A stretch of DNA of 60,622 nt, counting the filler, from Nemertoderma westbladi (Eukaryota; Animalia; Xenacoelomorpha), in NCBI GenBank assembly GCA_032718475.1. It is 4 parts of 4 records of this genome, joined end to end, with 100 filler letters (N's around TTAATTAATTAA, not from the genome) between each part and the next. Parts side by side here need not be neighbours in the genome. Positions count along the whole stretch, not along the records: positions 1 to 16,841 come from JAUCBJ010003109.1; positions 16,942 to 30,291 come from JAUCBJ010000850.1; 2 more parts are not named here. One strand, written 5' to 3'. Below are positions 11,468-24,144 of this stretch, in pieces. Below the pieces are notes generated by a model. The model did no database searches and was not told the origin of the DNA. It was given only the letters and a program-made list of their open reading frames with translations. Position 1 is the stretch's first letter. Each line of letters opens with the position of its first letter. Both the position numbers and the translations under genes were made by a program.

Positions 11468-11516
11468 CAAACAGTTGGACTCTGGAATGGAAGGCCTGGC
11501 TGATGGTTGTGACTGA

Positions 11517-14500
11517 AAGGATCATCCAGTTAGCACTGTTCAAATCTCTGTAGGTAGCTTTAATACTCATGGTCTCTTGCAAAATCAGCCTTATGTTTCT
11601 GGAATCCTGGGCGAGTGTGACTTCCTTGGGTTACAGGAGCACTGGTTGGACGACATCGAGTGTAACGAAACCCTGCTCCATATGGACAAGAACTTTGATT
11701 GTGTCCACACTGTTAGTGATCTGATGGGCAACGCCAATAGGGTAAGAGGAGCCGGTGGTACTGCCCTATTTTTTCGCAAGGATATCATCTCAAGTTGGAC
11801 ACGCGTTAGCTCTGATGATGATATTGTGGGTATTGTGGCCCACATTAAGAATATATCCGCCCCCCTGCTTGTCTTATCTGCCTATGCACCGGATAGCGGT
11901 AAGGATGTGGTCAGGTACAATGATTTTCTGGGACATATAGGAGCCCTGATCTCTCTGCACAGTGGAACAGTTCCTATCATACTATCTGACACTAATGCGG
12001 ACCTCAGCTCGCTTCAAGGAGGCAGGTGTAACAGGATGAAACCATCTCCAAGGGGTCGTATACTTAATGAATTCCTTATCAATAACTCTCTAGTGGCGTC
12101 TGACACTTTCTGGAAATTCTCCGGACCTCCGATCACATATAGAGGTCCGCTCTGCTGCACTTCCTACATTGACCACATTATTTCCAATGTACATGGTGAT
12201 AGCCTTATCGAACACGGCATGGTGCTTGAAATGGACCCAATTAACAACCACTCTGATCACACCCCGTTATATGCAATACTTATGCTCCCTACCGATCATA
12301 CCCCAATCACCACTGGGCACACCACTAAGAGACAAACACGCTTTGCCTGGTCTAAGGCATCAGCAACCCAAAAAGAGGCTTACATTTCTTCCATCAAATC
12401 AGGAATATCAAGAATATGCAACAGCGAGCAGTACAACTCTGCACCCTCATCCTTAGCGGACCTCACTACTATTGTAGAGGAGTTACAGTCTACTATTACC
12501 CGGGCTGCTATGAATAGCATCCCCCAAATTAAGAGATGCCACCATACTAAGAACATACGCATTCGCTCTAAACTACTGTACAGGCGTAGCAAGACTACTA
12601 AGAACCTTTACAACCTCTGGCGCGACAGGGGAAAGGATGTTGATGACCCAATCGGCTCGAAGTTCAAAGATTCCAAGCGGACCACAAGAAGGCTCAGAAA
12701 CCTCCTATCCAAGAACCTCATTGGCAATGATGTCAGTTGCTGGGCCTCAAAAATCAAATCAAGTCCTGAAACCTTCTGGAGTAAGGTAAACAACAAGCGA
12801 GGAAAAGAAGTCCCAGTGTCACTACAGAATGACCTCAGATCCCACTATGACCTAAGATTTAACCATGAAGCAAATCAGACCGAGCTTGATGAACTGGAGC
12901 GCTCTCTTGATACAGCTTGTGCCAATTCACCCAAACCCAATGTCTCACCGCTTGCAGTTAAGCAAGCAATCTCATCTCTCAACAGGGGCAAGGCTCCTGA
13001 CTTCTCTTCCCTTACTGTCGAGCACCTATTAGAATTAGACCCTGAACCAATTTGTGACACCCTTGCATATATAATAAACTGTATATTCACGCTCAGAGCC
13101 GTTCCCTATCCACTTTGCCAGTCCGTAATCAGCAGTATATATAAGGGCAAAGGTCGTAATAGTATGATTCCTAACTCCTACAGACCCATTGCCTCTGCTA
13201 GTCTCTTGGGCAAGATACTGGAATTCATTATCCTGCATGACTATTTGGATAACGCAATTGCTAAAGGGACTCACACTAATCAGATGGCCTATAGGCGAAA
13301 GATAGGGACAGACATGATGGTTAATACGCTCCTTGAGGTGATCGAGCACTACACCGCGCAGGGTTCCCCCATATTCGTTTGTCAACTTGATATTGAAGCA
13401 GCCTTCGATGATGTTGACCACATAATCCTGGCTAATAAGCTATTATCCCTAGAAGTAAACCCCTGGGTTGTTTCAACTCTCCTATCCTATTATCAATCGA
13501 GTGAAATCTTCCTGAAGTTTGGGGATATTATCCACTGTAAGAGCATAAGGGCCTTCAAGGGTCTGAGACAGGGTTCACTCCTTTCGCCCGACTTATTTAA
13601 CCTGTACACCGCCAGCATTACTGTTGGTCTTTCTAAATCTGGGCTTGGCTGTTCTGTTGGAAATGTGTGGTTTGGGACCATGGTGTACGCAGATGATTTC
13701 CATCTTATCCTCCACTTCTGCTCGCGATATTGAGGATATGGTTAAAGTATTACAGAGCAAGGCAAGTGTGTTGAAGCTCCGCATCGAACAGTCAAAGACG
13801 AAATGGATATGCATTGACAAAAGGGGAAGCCACAAACCAACCTTTCTCGCCCTACACGGTATACTCGTGCCTTGTAGTGAGCACTTGACTATTCTTGGGT
13901 ACAAACTCAACCCTAAGCCTACGAACGCCCTCAATGAGTCCTTACAAACCATTGCGATGATGTCCCAAATTTTCCAATCCAAGGGGTGGACCACTAGATG
14001 GTTGAATGTGGAAACGACCTTTAGGTTATGGCAGGCCATGGCTATGCCAGTAATTCTATTTTCCCTGAGACTAAATATAGGATCACTTAATGATACTGAC
14101 ACAGAGAAACTTGATATTGCTTATCGGAAGGCCCTACGGGGGCGGGCTCCTTCACGTGGGTACGTACATCAACAACCAATGTCTGTATCTCCTTTATGGC
14201 CTCAGGCCTGTCTCGGTAGAGGCCCTGCGTCAGTCTGTTGGTATTTTCACTAGACTACTCAGATGTCCTAACCCAACACTTCAAGTCATTCAGCGCCTCA
14301 CCACGTTCAATCACACTCTTGACATTAGGAAATTATTCAGGGGATGCTCCAGCTCGTACAGCAAGGCTTCCCGTTCCTTTCCGCTTCCACGTCTTTGCTC
14401 TACCCTGTTGACTAAATACTCTGGTGCAGACCTAATGGCGCGAATTGACATCAACGGCGCAATCGCCAGGGATACAGTGAACGCTGAATTCGTCAGAGGA

Positions 14501-14572
14501 TGCTTTAGTACTACCGCAATCCCTTTTGCTCACAAGCGGCAGAGAATTAGGGATTTTTTTGGGATCGCCTAG
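11517..14572 (+). pseudogene. LINE ORF2 (AP endonuclease + reverse transcriptase) with two frameshifts (~13697 and ~14140)
   Basis: APE motifs SFNTHG, LQEHW, SDTNA, YIDHI, SDH; RT motifs YRPI, LDIEAAFDDVDH, GLRQGSLLSP, YADD, then ILG in the next frame. Confidence 0.92.
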
Positions 14573-14833
14573 TTCCTTCAACCCTAAGATGCAAAGTGTA
14601 CCCCCCCTTTTTTTTTTACCTGACCCGGATCGAACTCACCGACATAAGCTAACGCTACTGTTCACTCTATTACGATGCTACTATCTACTTGCATTTATCA
14701 AATAATTCTTATATTGTATCGACGTTGTGTTGATTTTTTATATGGTTACACGTCTGTCTAGCAAGTTTTATTTATAATGTATATTTTACATTTTATTGTC
14801 GGCCTGTCCGAATTAAACTAATAATAATAATAA

Positions 14834-15930
14834 AGCCTGTTGTGACAGCCATTAGAAATTAGCTGGCCCGCGGTGCGGCGTCGGAAACCAGATAGGCCGT
14901 CCAGGTTGACGTCACTATGAATATGTGTTTCGTGGTTGTCGATGTATCCAAGTATTGCAGACGACGAGGCATATTTGGATAAACCGCACCAGTATTTCCA
15001 AAATAGGGCCCTGATCTTATGGATGTGTTCGTGTTCAGCTACCTCGTGTTCCTCGACATAGATGTTACAGCCGCATATTATCGCGGGATTCACAACAGAT
15101 GACCACAGGCGTCGGGCTGATTGCATGGAAATGCATTTAATGTCAATTTTAGTGGCGATCCGGACACAGCTAAAGACACCCTTGTTGTACAGATGTTTCA
15201 TATGGCCACCGGACCCTCCTTTCGTAGAAAGCACCACTCCTAAGTATTCGAATGAGTAAAAAAAATCTAAAGGCTCTTCGTTGTAAATTAACTAAATATA
15301 ACGAAATTTCACTGCTTTGGTCTTCTTGATATTTACTTCTAGGTCATTTTCCTTGCAATATTCATAGAGTCTGTTTAGGCCTTCTTGGACATCCTTGATT
15401 GTCTCCCCTGCAATGACTAAGTCGTCAGCATACATTATGACCCAAATAGCAGTTGAAGTAACTAGAAAAATAGGTAGGTCCGCGACGAATATACTGAACA
15501 ATAACGAGCTATCGGTTTCAAAATATATACTCCGATTACGATGCATACATAGTTTACGGCGATCATATAACTGTAATAATAAATTTCCTGCTGACACCGA
15601 ATTTGGAGAGCTTCCTGCATAACGTTTCCCGATTCACAGAGTCAAAGGCTTTTGTCAAATCAACAAACACACAATATAGATGACCCCCCGTTGGCAATAA
15701 CGCCACTTTGATTCTTCTGTGGATAAGATTTACCGCACTTAAGGTCGATCTTGTCCGAAGCCACACTTTAGCGCATCACTAGTCACAACGTCTGGACCTG
15801 CGGCTTTATGAGATTTCTGATTATTGACTGCTTCTGTTACTTCATGGTCTTCTATTGGTTTGTCAAGATGGGGATCGGGTTGGGCATCAAGAGTCAGGAG
15901 TATTGGTAACCTTTTAGGGTGGTAACACAC
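14834..15930 (-). pseudogene. Decayed LINE reverse transcriptase fragment (different family, internal deletions)
   Basis: KAAGPD, FVDLTKAFDSVNR, LLFSIFVADL, YADDL, NIKKTK, FEYLG spread over several frames. Confidence 0.85.
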
Positions 15931-15940
15931 CCTATATGCT

Positions 15941-16841
15941 ATGGCAGATAAGCTTTCTCTTAGTGCAGTGGGTGTTCAAGAGCACCGAATCCAGACTGGA
16001 CAGACTGATGAGGTTCTGATTAAGGACATGGGGGGCGGTTGGCGACTCGCCCTCGCTTCAGCAGATGATAGTGGCAATGGTGGCATTGGTCTATTGATGA
16101 ATCCAACTGCACATGCAGCATTGGACAAAATAGACCAAATCTCTAACCGCATCATCCGTTGCCACTTCTCATGTTCTGGAAGACTGGCTAAGAAGTTTCC
16201 TAAGGTGGTTCTGATTGTGTGCTACTCTCCAACTAGTGTTGCCCCTGTAGAGGAGGTGGAAAATTTCTACCAGAATCTACAAGCAGCTACTGATGGAGTG
16301 AATCAGCATGCATTCTTAACATTCCTGGGAGACTTTAATGCAAGTCTGCATCAATCACCTACATCGCCCTGGGTCTATAGCAATAGTGTTAACCGAAATT
16401 CCGTCCATCTTCAGGATTTTATCTCTGGAAATGGATTGTTTTCGGCTGGAACCCAGTTCAAGAAGCGAACTGGAAAGGTATGGACTCATAGTGGACCCAG
16501 TGGTCACAATTCCCAGATAGACCATATCCTGTTTCGTAGGAAATACAGGAGCTCTATACAAGACTGTAATGCATTTACACTACGACCCTTCTCCAGTGAT
16601 CACCGCCTTATTGTGGCCAAGGTAAGACTTAGTCTGCGTGCTAGCAGAACAACGAAATCTGCCTTGCCGCGGTATGACTGGTCTTCTCTGTTGCAACAGC
16701 CAAGTGTGAGATCCAGCTTCACACTACAGCTGAGCAACAGGTATGAGGTTCTTGCCTCTGAGGCGGCAGATCACTGTGAGGGCTATACTGCCTTCACAGA
16801 GGCAGTTAAGTTAGCAGCTGCAGAAACAGTTCCTGTATACC
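15941..16841 (+). mobile_element. RTE-like LINE AP-endonuclease region, cut by assembly gap
   Basis: GVQEHR, CYSPT, LGDFNA, WTH..QIDHIL, SDHRL motifs in an open frame. Confidence 0.88.
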
Positions 16842-16941
16842 NNNNNNNNNNNNNNNNNNNNNNNNNNNNNNNNNNNNNNNNNNNNTTAATTAATTAANNN
16901 NNNNNNNNNNNNNNNNNNNNNNNNNNNNNNNNNNNNNNNNN
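16842..16941. other. Assembly gap with artificial TTAATTAATTAA linker
   Basis: 44 N + 12 nt + 44 N, identical to the other two gaps. Confidence 0.97.
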
Positions 16942-17024
16942 AAAAACGCGACAGAACGACAGAACGACAGGTTGATTAATGGTACCACTACGCTAAGGCT
17001 CACTCACTTCGTGGCTGGCCCCAC
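16942..17024 (-). mobile_element. 5' end of HINE/DINE-like element
   Basis: Reverse complement TGTGGGGCCAGCCACGAAG...CCTTAGCG followed by (CTGTCGTT)n resembles the starts at 5336 and 59595. Confidence 0.5.
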
Positions 17025-19346
17025 ATCAACAGAGGCAATGAATATGACTCTACCAAAACTCAGCAAAGCTATGACATCATATGAATTCATTGAAACAGCC
17101 AGGGTGGAGAGCATCATGCAAAATCCAAAAGAATTTTTTTGCTAGGTCCCTAGTGCCACTTGGTTTAGAAAAAGTCCACAACTTCTACAACTGACATATC
17201 TAGAAGTCCACAACTTCTACAACTGACATATCTTCACCATCAGAGACTGATGAGTATATAACAGTAGATAATATATCAGACAATTCAAATGAAACTGAAA
17301 TGGATCCTACTTACTCATACAGCATAAAGGAAAATAAAGGTGAATCCCTGCAAGGAAGTCAGGTACCAACAAACATAAGAAAAGACTCTGTAATAATCAC
17401 AAACCCATCAGTGAAATGTCCCTCTACTCTAGAACAAGTCCTCAAAAACAATGACACCTGGCAAGAACCAAAAAGACCTGCCAAACCAACCTTCAAATCA
17501 AAGATCCAAATGCAGCACAAGATTAAGACTGAAAACAAATATAGAGAACTAGATAATGATACCAAAATTACCATACTTCTACAACAACAGACTGATTTCT
17601 TGGCGAATCTAAATAATGTTTCCAAAGAAACTGTCAATCTAAGAAAATCACAAGGTAGTAGCAAGAATGAACACAACAACTTTAAGCAACATCAAACGAG
17701 ATACGAACAAGAAACCCAACGAAGCATCCCTTCCAACAAACGGAAGCAGTAGAAGCAGCACAGATATGAAGCGGAATAATAAAGGGTTTGATCTACACTA
17801 CAAAACCTCTAGGGATTCATACTGACACAATAACATTCAAGTCAACTATAATGGTAATCAATATAAATCTATCCCGCAAGATAATAATAGGCATACGGAG
17901 TATGTGAGGAACTCTTGGAGACAAGCCCCAGAATCATCTCAACACCAAAGTCAAACATACCAGCAGTATCCGAAGCACAGAGTGAGTAGACATGATTATC
18001 CACATCAACACTTCCCAAACCCTCATCTAAGAGACCAATCTGAACATACCTCGTACCCCAGTAATGACCAATGTGACATAACCTATGACAACAGGTATTA
18101 CAACCGATCCAACAGAAGTCATATGGCTAGGAATCGTTTTTAAGCTGGCTCCGAGTATCACAACTGGAGACCTAAATTTCAAAAATGCTGGAAATACGTG
18201 TAATATTTTGCAGAGAAGTGAAATCAGTCACCATAGGTAGCATATGAAGGATGATTTGCAATATGACAGCAAATTCTATTAAGTTCTAGAACAATGTCAG
18301 TGAATCTACCTTTGACTAAAAAAAATGTAAAATTAAACGTTGAATATATGCTAGATACTATTTTCAGTTAATAAGTTTGTGAACAATTTTAAGTTAATAT
18401 TTTTTCTGTAGCATGATGCTTGGTTTTCAACATATATACAGTAAGTTTATTATTTTTTAGTAAAAAATAGATGATACAGCAGTATCGCATTTACTGACGA
18501 AATTTCATATTTTTAAATAAATATAACAGTACTTACTCAGTTTTTAAGACTTGCATTTTAATTTTCACATTTTTTACTCAAAATAGACAGATAGACAATT
18601 GTTGTCAAAGAATAGTTAGGAATGTCTCGCAAAGTTTATTCATGGGATTTTTCAGTGAATCTAATTTCGCAATAAAAAAATGTCAAATTAATAGTGCTAA
18701 AACCCAGCATCACTCTGTAGAACCCATATATTATAAAAAAATTTAATATACTATATTAACACTAACACATTGACTTACCTACACATAGTTGCAACACTAC
18801 AGTGTATACAAGAGACATTGTTTCATAATGTTACATATCGAATAACACTATTACTGCTATATCTAGCACATACTCACAACAATCAATACCCTACATCTAA
18901 ACATTAATTATCATTCCATCTTATATTCAATCGTAATTAACCTGTCAATATTGTACTGATACTGTATGTAGAACAAGTAAATTATTATTATTAGTTAGAT
19001 GTATTTCGTATTAATTAATATACATTTTATGCTATCGAAATCATTAGAATAATTGGATCTCGTTGGTAACATATGCTATAGTATAGAATTCAATGAACAA
19101 TAATTTATAATTGATACTACCACAAGCTATTTGTAAACATCTGCGACCAGTTATGATGAATAAATCGATATTGAATAATTATTACTTGGCATTCAACAGC
19201 TATAACTCGGATATTTATCGCCTTTTTCTCTTGTGGTTGGATGGGGGAGTGAGTGGAGAAATGTGGGGAGTTATAATGGTCCCGAGTTCGAACCCTGTTG
19301 AATATTTTGTTATCTGAAAAATTGCAAAATTAAATTTAGTTACTGG

Positions 19347-19600
19347 TGAAAAATAGTAGAAGTTACCTGTAGACACCTCTAGCATCTGTAAGATAAAGGT
19401 TGGTGAATATGAAAAATACTGGTTGCTGAAAAATTGCGATTTGAAAAATAGTAGACGTTACCTGTAGACACCCCTAGCATCTGTAAAATAAAGGTTGGTG
19501 AATATGAAAATACTGGTTGCTGAAAAATGCGATTTGAAAAATAGTAGAAGTTACCTGATGCTAAGTGTAGACACCCGAACACCTGGAAGATAAAGGCTTA
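19347..19600. repeat. ~92-bp tandem repeat, about 2.5 copies
   Basis: GAAAAATAGTAGAAGTTACCTGTAGACACC...ATAAAGG recurs at ~19348, ~19443 and ~19536. Confidence 0.8.
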
Positions 19601-19810
19601 TGATTGGATGCAGTACTAGCGTTGGGGGACTAATAACGCCTCTAGCGGAATAAGCGGGAACTTGAGAAGTTACCATGTTTAAGGTTGAAATGCTGTAATC
19701 TGATTGGTTGAAATAATAACGACCACTGCTAAAGGTTGAAATGGTGGCTTCTGATTGGCTGCAGTACTAGAAATGGATGGTAATGATGGGCTACGGGTGA
19801 CCATGACGCA

Positions 19811-20773
19811 GTGTCATATGAATATATACTACTGTCATATACCACGAAATCCGGGAAGGTCAAACCAGCTCGCAGTATGAGGCAAGTGCAATGTAAGTGT
19901 CCCCATGGATGCTCTGGGAAATGGACAGATGGAGATCGACAGCATAATTTCGACTTGTACTGGAAGGAAACAGATGAGAGGCAAGGTCGCCATAACTTTC
20001 TCAATTCCATGATTCGTGTAGGTGGAACACAGCAGAAGTCATCGAGTGTAATAACGAAACATAGATCAAGTTCTAAGAGGTATTTCTTGCACAAAGATGG
20101 CCAAAAAGAGCAGGTGTGCAGAGCATTCTTCCTGGGAACATTGAGTGTTGGTGAAAAGGAGGTTAGGTGGATGTTGGGCCACAGAACTGAGGCTAAGCTT
20201 CCGTCTAAAGACAAACGTGGTGGAAACACTCGGGGAAAAGCTGGTATAAGAGCATCTGTTCACAAATTCATAAATAAGCTGCCAATAATGGAGCCGCACT
20301 AAGTTCAAAATAATTCCCGCCGCAAGTACCTGCCTCAGCGTTTCAAGAACCTGACCAATCTTTATCGCATTTATAAGAAAGACACGTTGCTTAAAGACAA
20401 GGTCTCAAAATCGACATTTCGATCGATTTTTCTAAGTGACTATAACGTTGGTTTTCACCAACCCAAGAAGGATAAATGCGTTATTTGTCATCGAAAAGAT
20501 ACTGGTGGTGATTACAGTGAGGAAGAATACAAAGCTCACATGGAAGAGAAGAATGCTGTGAATAACTATTTCTTGAAATGTCAAAGTGATTCCAAGGAGG
20601 CCGAATATAATTACATTGTTGCTAGTTTCGACCTACAAAAGGTATTGAATACACCCCATGGTGACTCTATGTTAACTGGTTATAGTAGGAAACTGGCACA
20701 GCACAACTTAACCCTTTGCTGCATAGTGTTGCACTGGTGCAACACTAACATTTCCTGTTCTTATTTCTCCTAA
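19811..20773 (+). pseudogene. Truncated DNA transposase, Sola-like
   Basis: Two ORFs in one frame separated by a single stop (EPH*); motifs VCRAFFLGTL, FHQPKKDKCVIC, FDLQKVLNTP, RKL..HNLT; catalytic core missing; superfamily from recall. Confidence 0.65.
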
Positions 20774-22973
20774 GTAGGAAAACAGCCAATGAGGATCAAG
20801 CAGTGAGAAAGAGGGTATATTAAGCTTTCATTTGATTGGTCACTTGACATACTGTATTTTAGTCCAGCTGGTAACTCAGTGATGTAATTCAAATATTGTA
20901 TATCCTTAATTGTAAATTTCCTGAATTTCAAAAAATTTATCTTCCTGTAGAAAGTTACATAGACAGTCTGGGGGTCTGAAAAAATTCGTAATAATAATAA
21001 AATATGTATTTTTTCATAAAATAACCATAACTTTCCATATAATATCTGTTAGAGGCGAGCAGACCTGAAAAACTGACCGTTGCACAAATGCAACATCATG
21101 CAGGAAGGTACAAAATTTGTTCGGCAAATTGTTCAGTAATCTAAGTAATTTTAAGTAAATTCAGTAATCTGTTCACTAAATCAATATTATTTTGCAAATT
21201 TTTTTTTTATTTCATCTGGAGCATAATTTTATTAACCCACCAAAACCCAGACATCTAAAATCTCGAGGTAATTCATTCATATTTTCAGAACTAAGTCAAA
21301 ATGGTCTAACTTAAACATAGTTTCAACAACAGTATCAAAACTTTAACCAATCTCGATTTATTAGGTAGGGTACAAATGTAGTACTTGGGAGCTATGGAGG
21401 TATTTATATAGTAATAAAAAGAACACCAATTTGTTTATAAAGAATAAAATAAAGGATGTTATTACCTACTTTGGTGGGTGTAGAATTGAGTATACACAAA
21501 AGCAAATGTTTAAAAAAGTTTTTAATTTAAAATTGAGTTGACAATTTCAAGATAATGCCCCCCCCCCCCCCCCCCCCACCCCGGGCCCATTACTTCAAAT
21601 AGTAATTGAAAGGATAGTAAGGATCCAGGAAGAAACCGGGAACTCTCTGTGTCGGCCCGGCTGGGGACGCTATACAGGGGCAGTTCCTCAAGGAGTGGCG
21701 ATTGGCCAATTGGAAGCGGCAGTTGTCAATGTGAAGCCAAGCGGTGAAGTCGGAAAGAACTCCGGCAAGTTCGTGCTGCTGAAAGAGCGCGGAATGGACA
21801 GGTAGGTGAGAGGAAATCGAGTCCCGATGGAGGATGGCAACAGGTTCACAGGAGCCGAGGTCACCCAATTAGAAGGGTGTAGGAAAAATGGGTTTCCAGT
21901 TGTTGATGAGACCGCGAGCGGGGCAGCCGGGGGAACCCACGGGGGGCCAACTGATACCACGGAGGGGGCAGCTGGGGCCGCAGGGAGGCTGGCTTGTTTA
22001 AGCTCAGGAACGTCGGGATTCACTCCAATGTTGGACGTGCTGTCCTCGTTCACCTGATCGGGAGAGGAGCGAGAAGCGAGACTGGAACGCTCCACTCTCA
22101 GTTCAAATTCGTTGCGAGTTTCATAGCGTCAGCTTGTGGCACTCAGACAGGAGTTTTAGGTTTTGGGCAGCTTGGTCAGCAGCCTGCCGACCGGCAAATG
22201 TAGCCAGTTCGCCTACACGATCGTGTGATGACTGAGTTTTGTCGAAATGTTCGGGTTTGAGGTTGGCTTCGAGTTCTTGATGGGCCAATCAGGCAGTCAT
22301 TTGAGAACTCCCACCCGAGACAATGGACTGGGTACCGGAATGGGTGTATAGGTAGGTTTGCGTAGCAGTGCGGCAGTGGCATGTAGGCCTATTAGCTGCA
22401 TTGCACACTGAGGAAATCCACGTTGCCATGTTCTCGGAGTGGCCGACAAACTGACCGTTTGGAGCAGTTTTCATGTGCATCTATGTCGTGGCACTCCTGA
22501 ATGACGTCGGTTAGGTCTTCCAGTCGCCAGGTCGCAGCTTTAGCGTAGATACTGCAGCTGCCCTGTCCTTCAATGTGGTTGCTTACTTGGTTTGAGTTGC
22601 GTTACGCGGGATTTTGCTGTCGTCCGGTTTTGTTTGAGAAAGTCTGTACTGGTATCGGCTACTTCTGGTTCTGCTGATACTAGCAGCACTGCCGCTTAGG
22701 CTTGAAGTTCAACTTGATCGTTGCGCGTTGTGGGCTGGCAGGGGCCCTTCTTCCACAACGTCAACTGGGGGTGGGTCGATGTTTGGTTTGCATTTTGTTG
22801 ACATCCACCAGCAGACCAGTGACCTATGAAAGCCGTCGAAAGGAATGTAGCGATCAGCGACAGAGTCGGCACAGACTCTATAGTCCTAGCTGAACTGCAA
22901 GTTTATTACTGTATTAGTAGGTGTTGGGTGAAGTCAAGTAGATTCTGGATTCCAGGCCAATGCACCATGCAGC

Positions 22974-24144
22974 GGCACTCTTTAAACTGTTAAATATAGG
23001 GGACCCTACTTTTTTCAAAAATTGAAAATTCTGATGTCAGATTTTATGTAGGGCCTATTCATTATATATATATTTACATATTCAATATAGGCCTATCTAT
23101 AGGATAGGTTAGGGTGTGGGATACCACACACTGAGATGCGAGAGCAAGTTTGTAAGGGCGGCGGTCGCAGTTTTCCCATATAACTCGCGCCACATGAACT
23201 CGTCCAGGTGGCTGGGCAGCATGGTCCCCTGGATGCAGCACATCGACTTGAATCGGCGCTTACAGTTCTTCCTGTAGCACTCAACGTGGTTGGTGCAGGC
23301 GCCGGTAACTGGGTCGACGAAGTTAGCGTTATGGAACACAACTTGGTGTGTGTAAGCCATGTTTGGCATGGCACCGATCCCATGGTACGCTGCCCATCCG
23401 TCGGAATGTATTATAGATCCGGGCGCGATATTGTTCCTGATAAGTGGCAGCAACGTAGCTGCTGAGCGGTCTTCGACAATCTGGAGGAAGCCCTCCTGTG
23501 TAGAGGGGCAGATGGTGCCGAAAACCGTTCCCCTTCCGCTTCGCTATGAGGCTCTCGTCGATCTCGACGATAACGCCCGGTCTGCCGATAAGATGTGGAT
23601 GGTGAACTGAACAAGCCACCACGAGGCGATGTCCCGGATGTAGCTGTACCACTGTATTACAGTACAGTCCATGCAGTCGGTTCGCTGCACAGGACTGCGT
23701 GATCATTTCCGTGGCCTGGACGTTTGGGATCTTATTGGCCCAGCACCAAAGTAACTGAAACAGTTCCGGCAGCGACATCCTAGATTCAGACCAGTACGAA
23801 TCGATCCGAATCGCCTTCTTCCTCCGGCATGTGGGACACCGGTAAAGGTACCCGTCGCCCTTCGACGCGTCGACGACACGTGACATATCCCTGTTACAGG
23901 TCGCACAGGGTGGTGGATGGTTCCTTATACAGTGTTTCTGTTGTAGCCATTCCAGCGACTTCTCCGTCGTTACATTAACCTTGGCAAGTTCCTTTAACAA
24001 CATCATTTAACCGATAGGCTAATAATATTTGCAGAGGTGGGCCTAGGCCTAATAAATAGTTACCGGTAGGCCTACATATAAAAAAAAATTTTGAAAAAAA
24101 AAGTACCGGTCAGCCGGTAGGGTCCCCTATATTTAAAGAGTGCC
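22974..24144 (-). mobile_element. Merlin (IS1595/ISXO2-like) DNA transposon, complete termini, frameshifted transposase (24006 to 23109)
   Basis: TIRs GGCACTCTTTAAA...TATAGGGGACCCTAC; 9-bp TSD CCATGCAGC at 22965-22973 and 24145-24153; CxxC..CxxC finger, VEIDES, IHSDGWAAY, TNHVE, HLDEFMWR. Confidence 0.93.

Larger units (their letters stand above)
8690..14833 (+). mobile_element. Near full-length two-ORF non-LTR retrotransposon (APE + RT; probably CR1/L2-group, Daphne/Crack-like) with Ulp1 protease in ORF1
   Basis: GC step-up relative to flanks, 898-aa ORF1, APE-RT ORF2, 3' UTR ending ATTAAAC(TAA)n; 5' boundary approximate, no clear TSD, clade tentative. Confidence 0.88.

Noticed and set aside
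14620-14660. Antisense Pol III B-box (GTTCGATCC) in the LINE 3' UTR
   Set aside because: No convincing A-box or tRNA fold; may be chance or a tiny SINE remnant
16886-16897. TTAATTAATTAA as a biological motif or piggyBac target
   Set aside because: Identical in all three N-gaps; assembly linker
17300-18143. 150-aa and 79-aa low-complexity ORFs as a gene
   Set aside because: Broken by stops, no domain recognised; at most a decayed retroelement ORF1-like remnant
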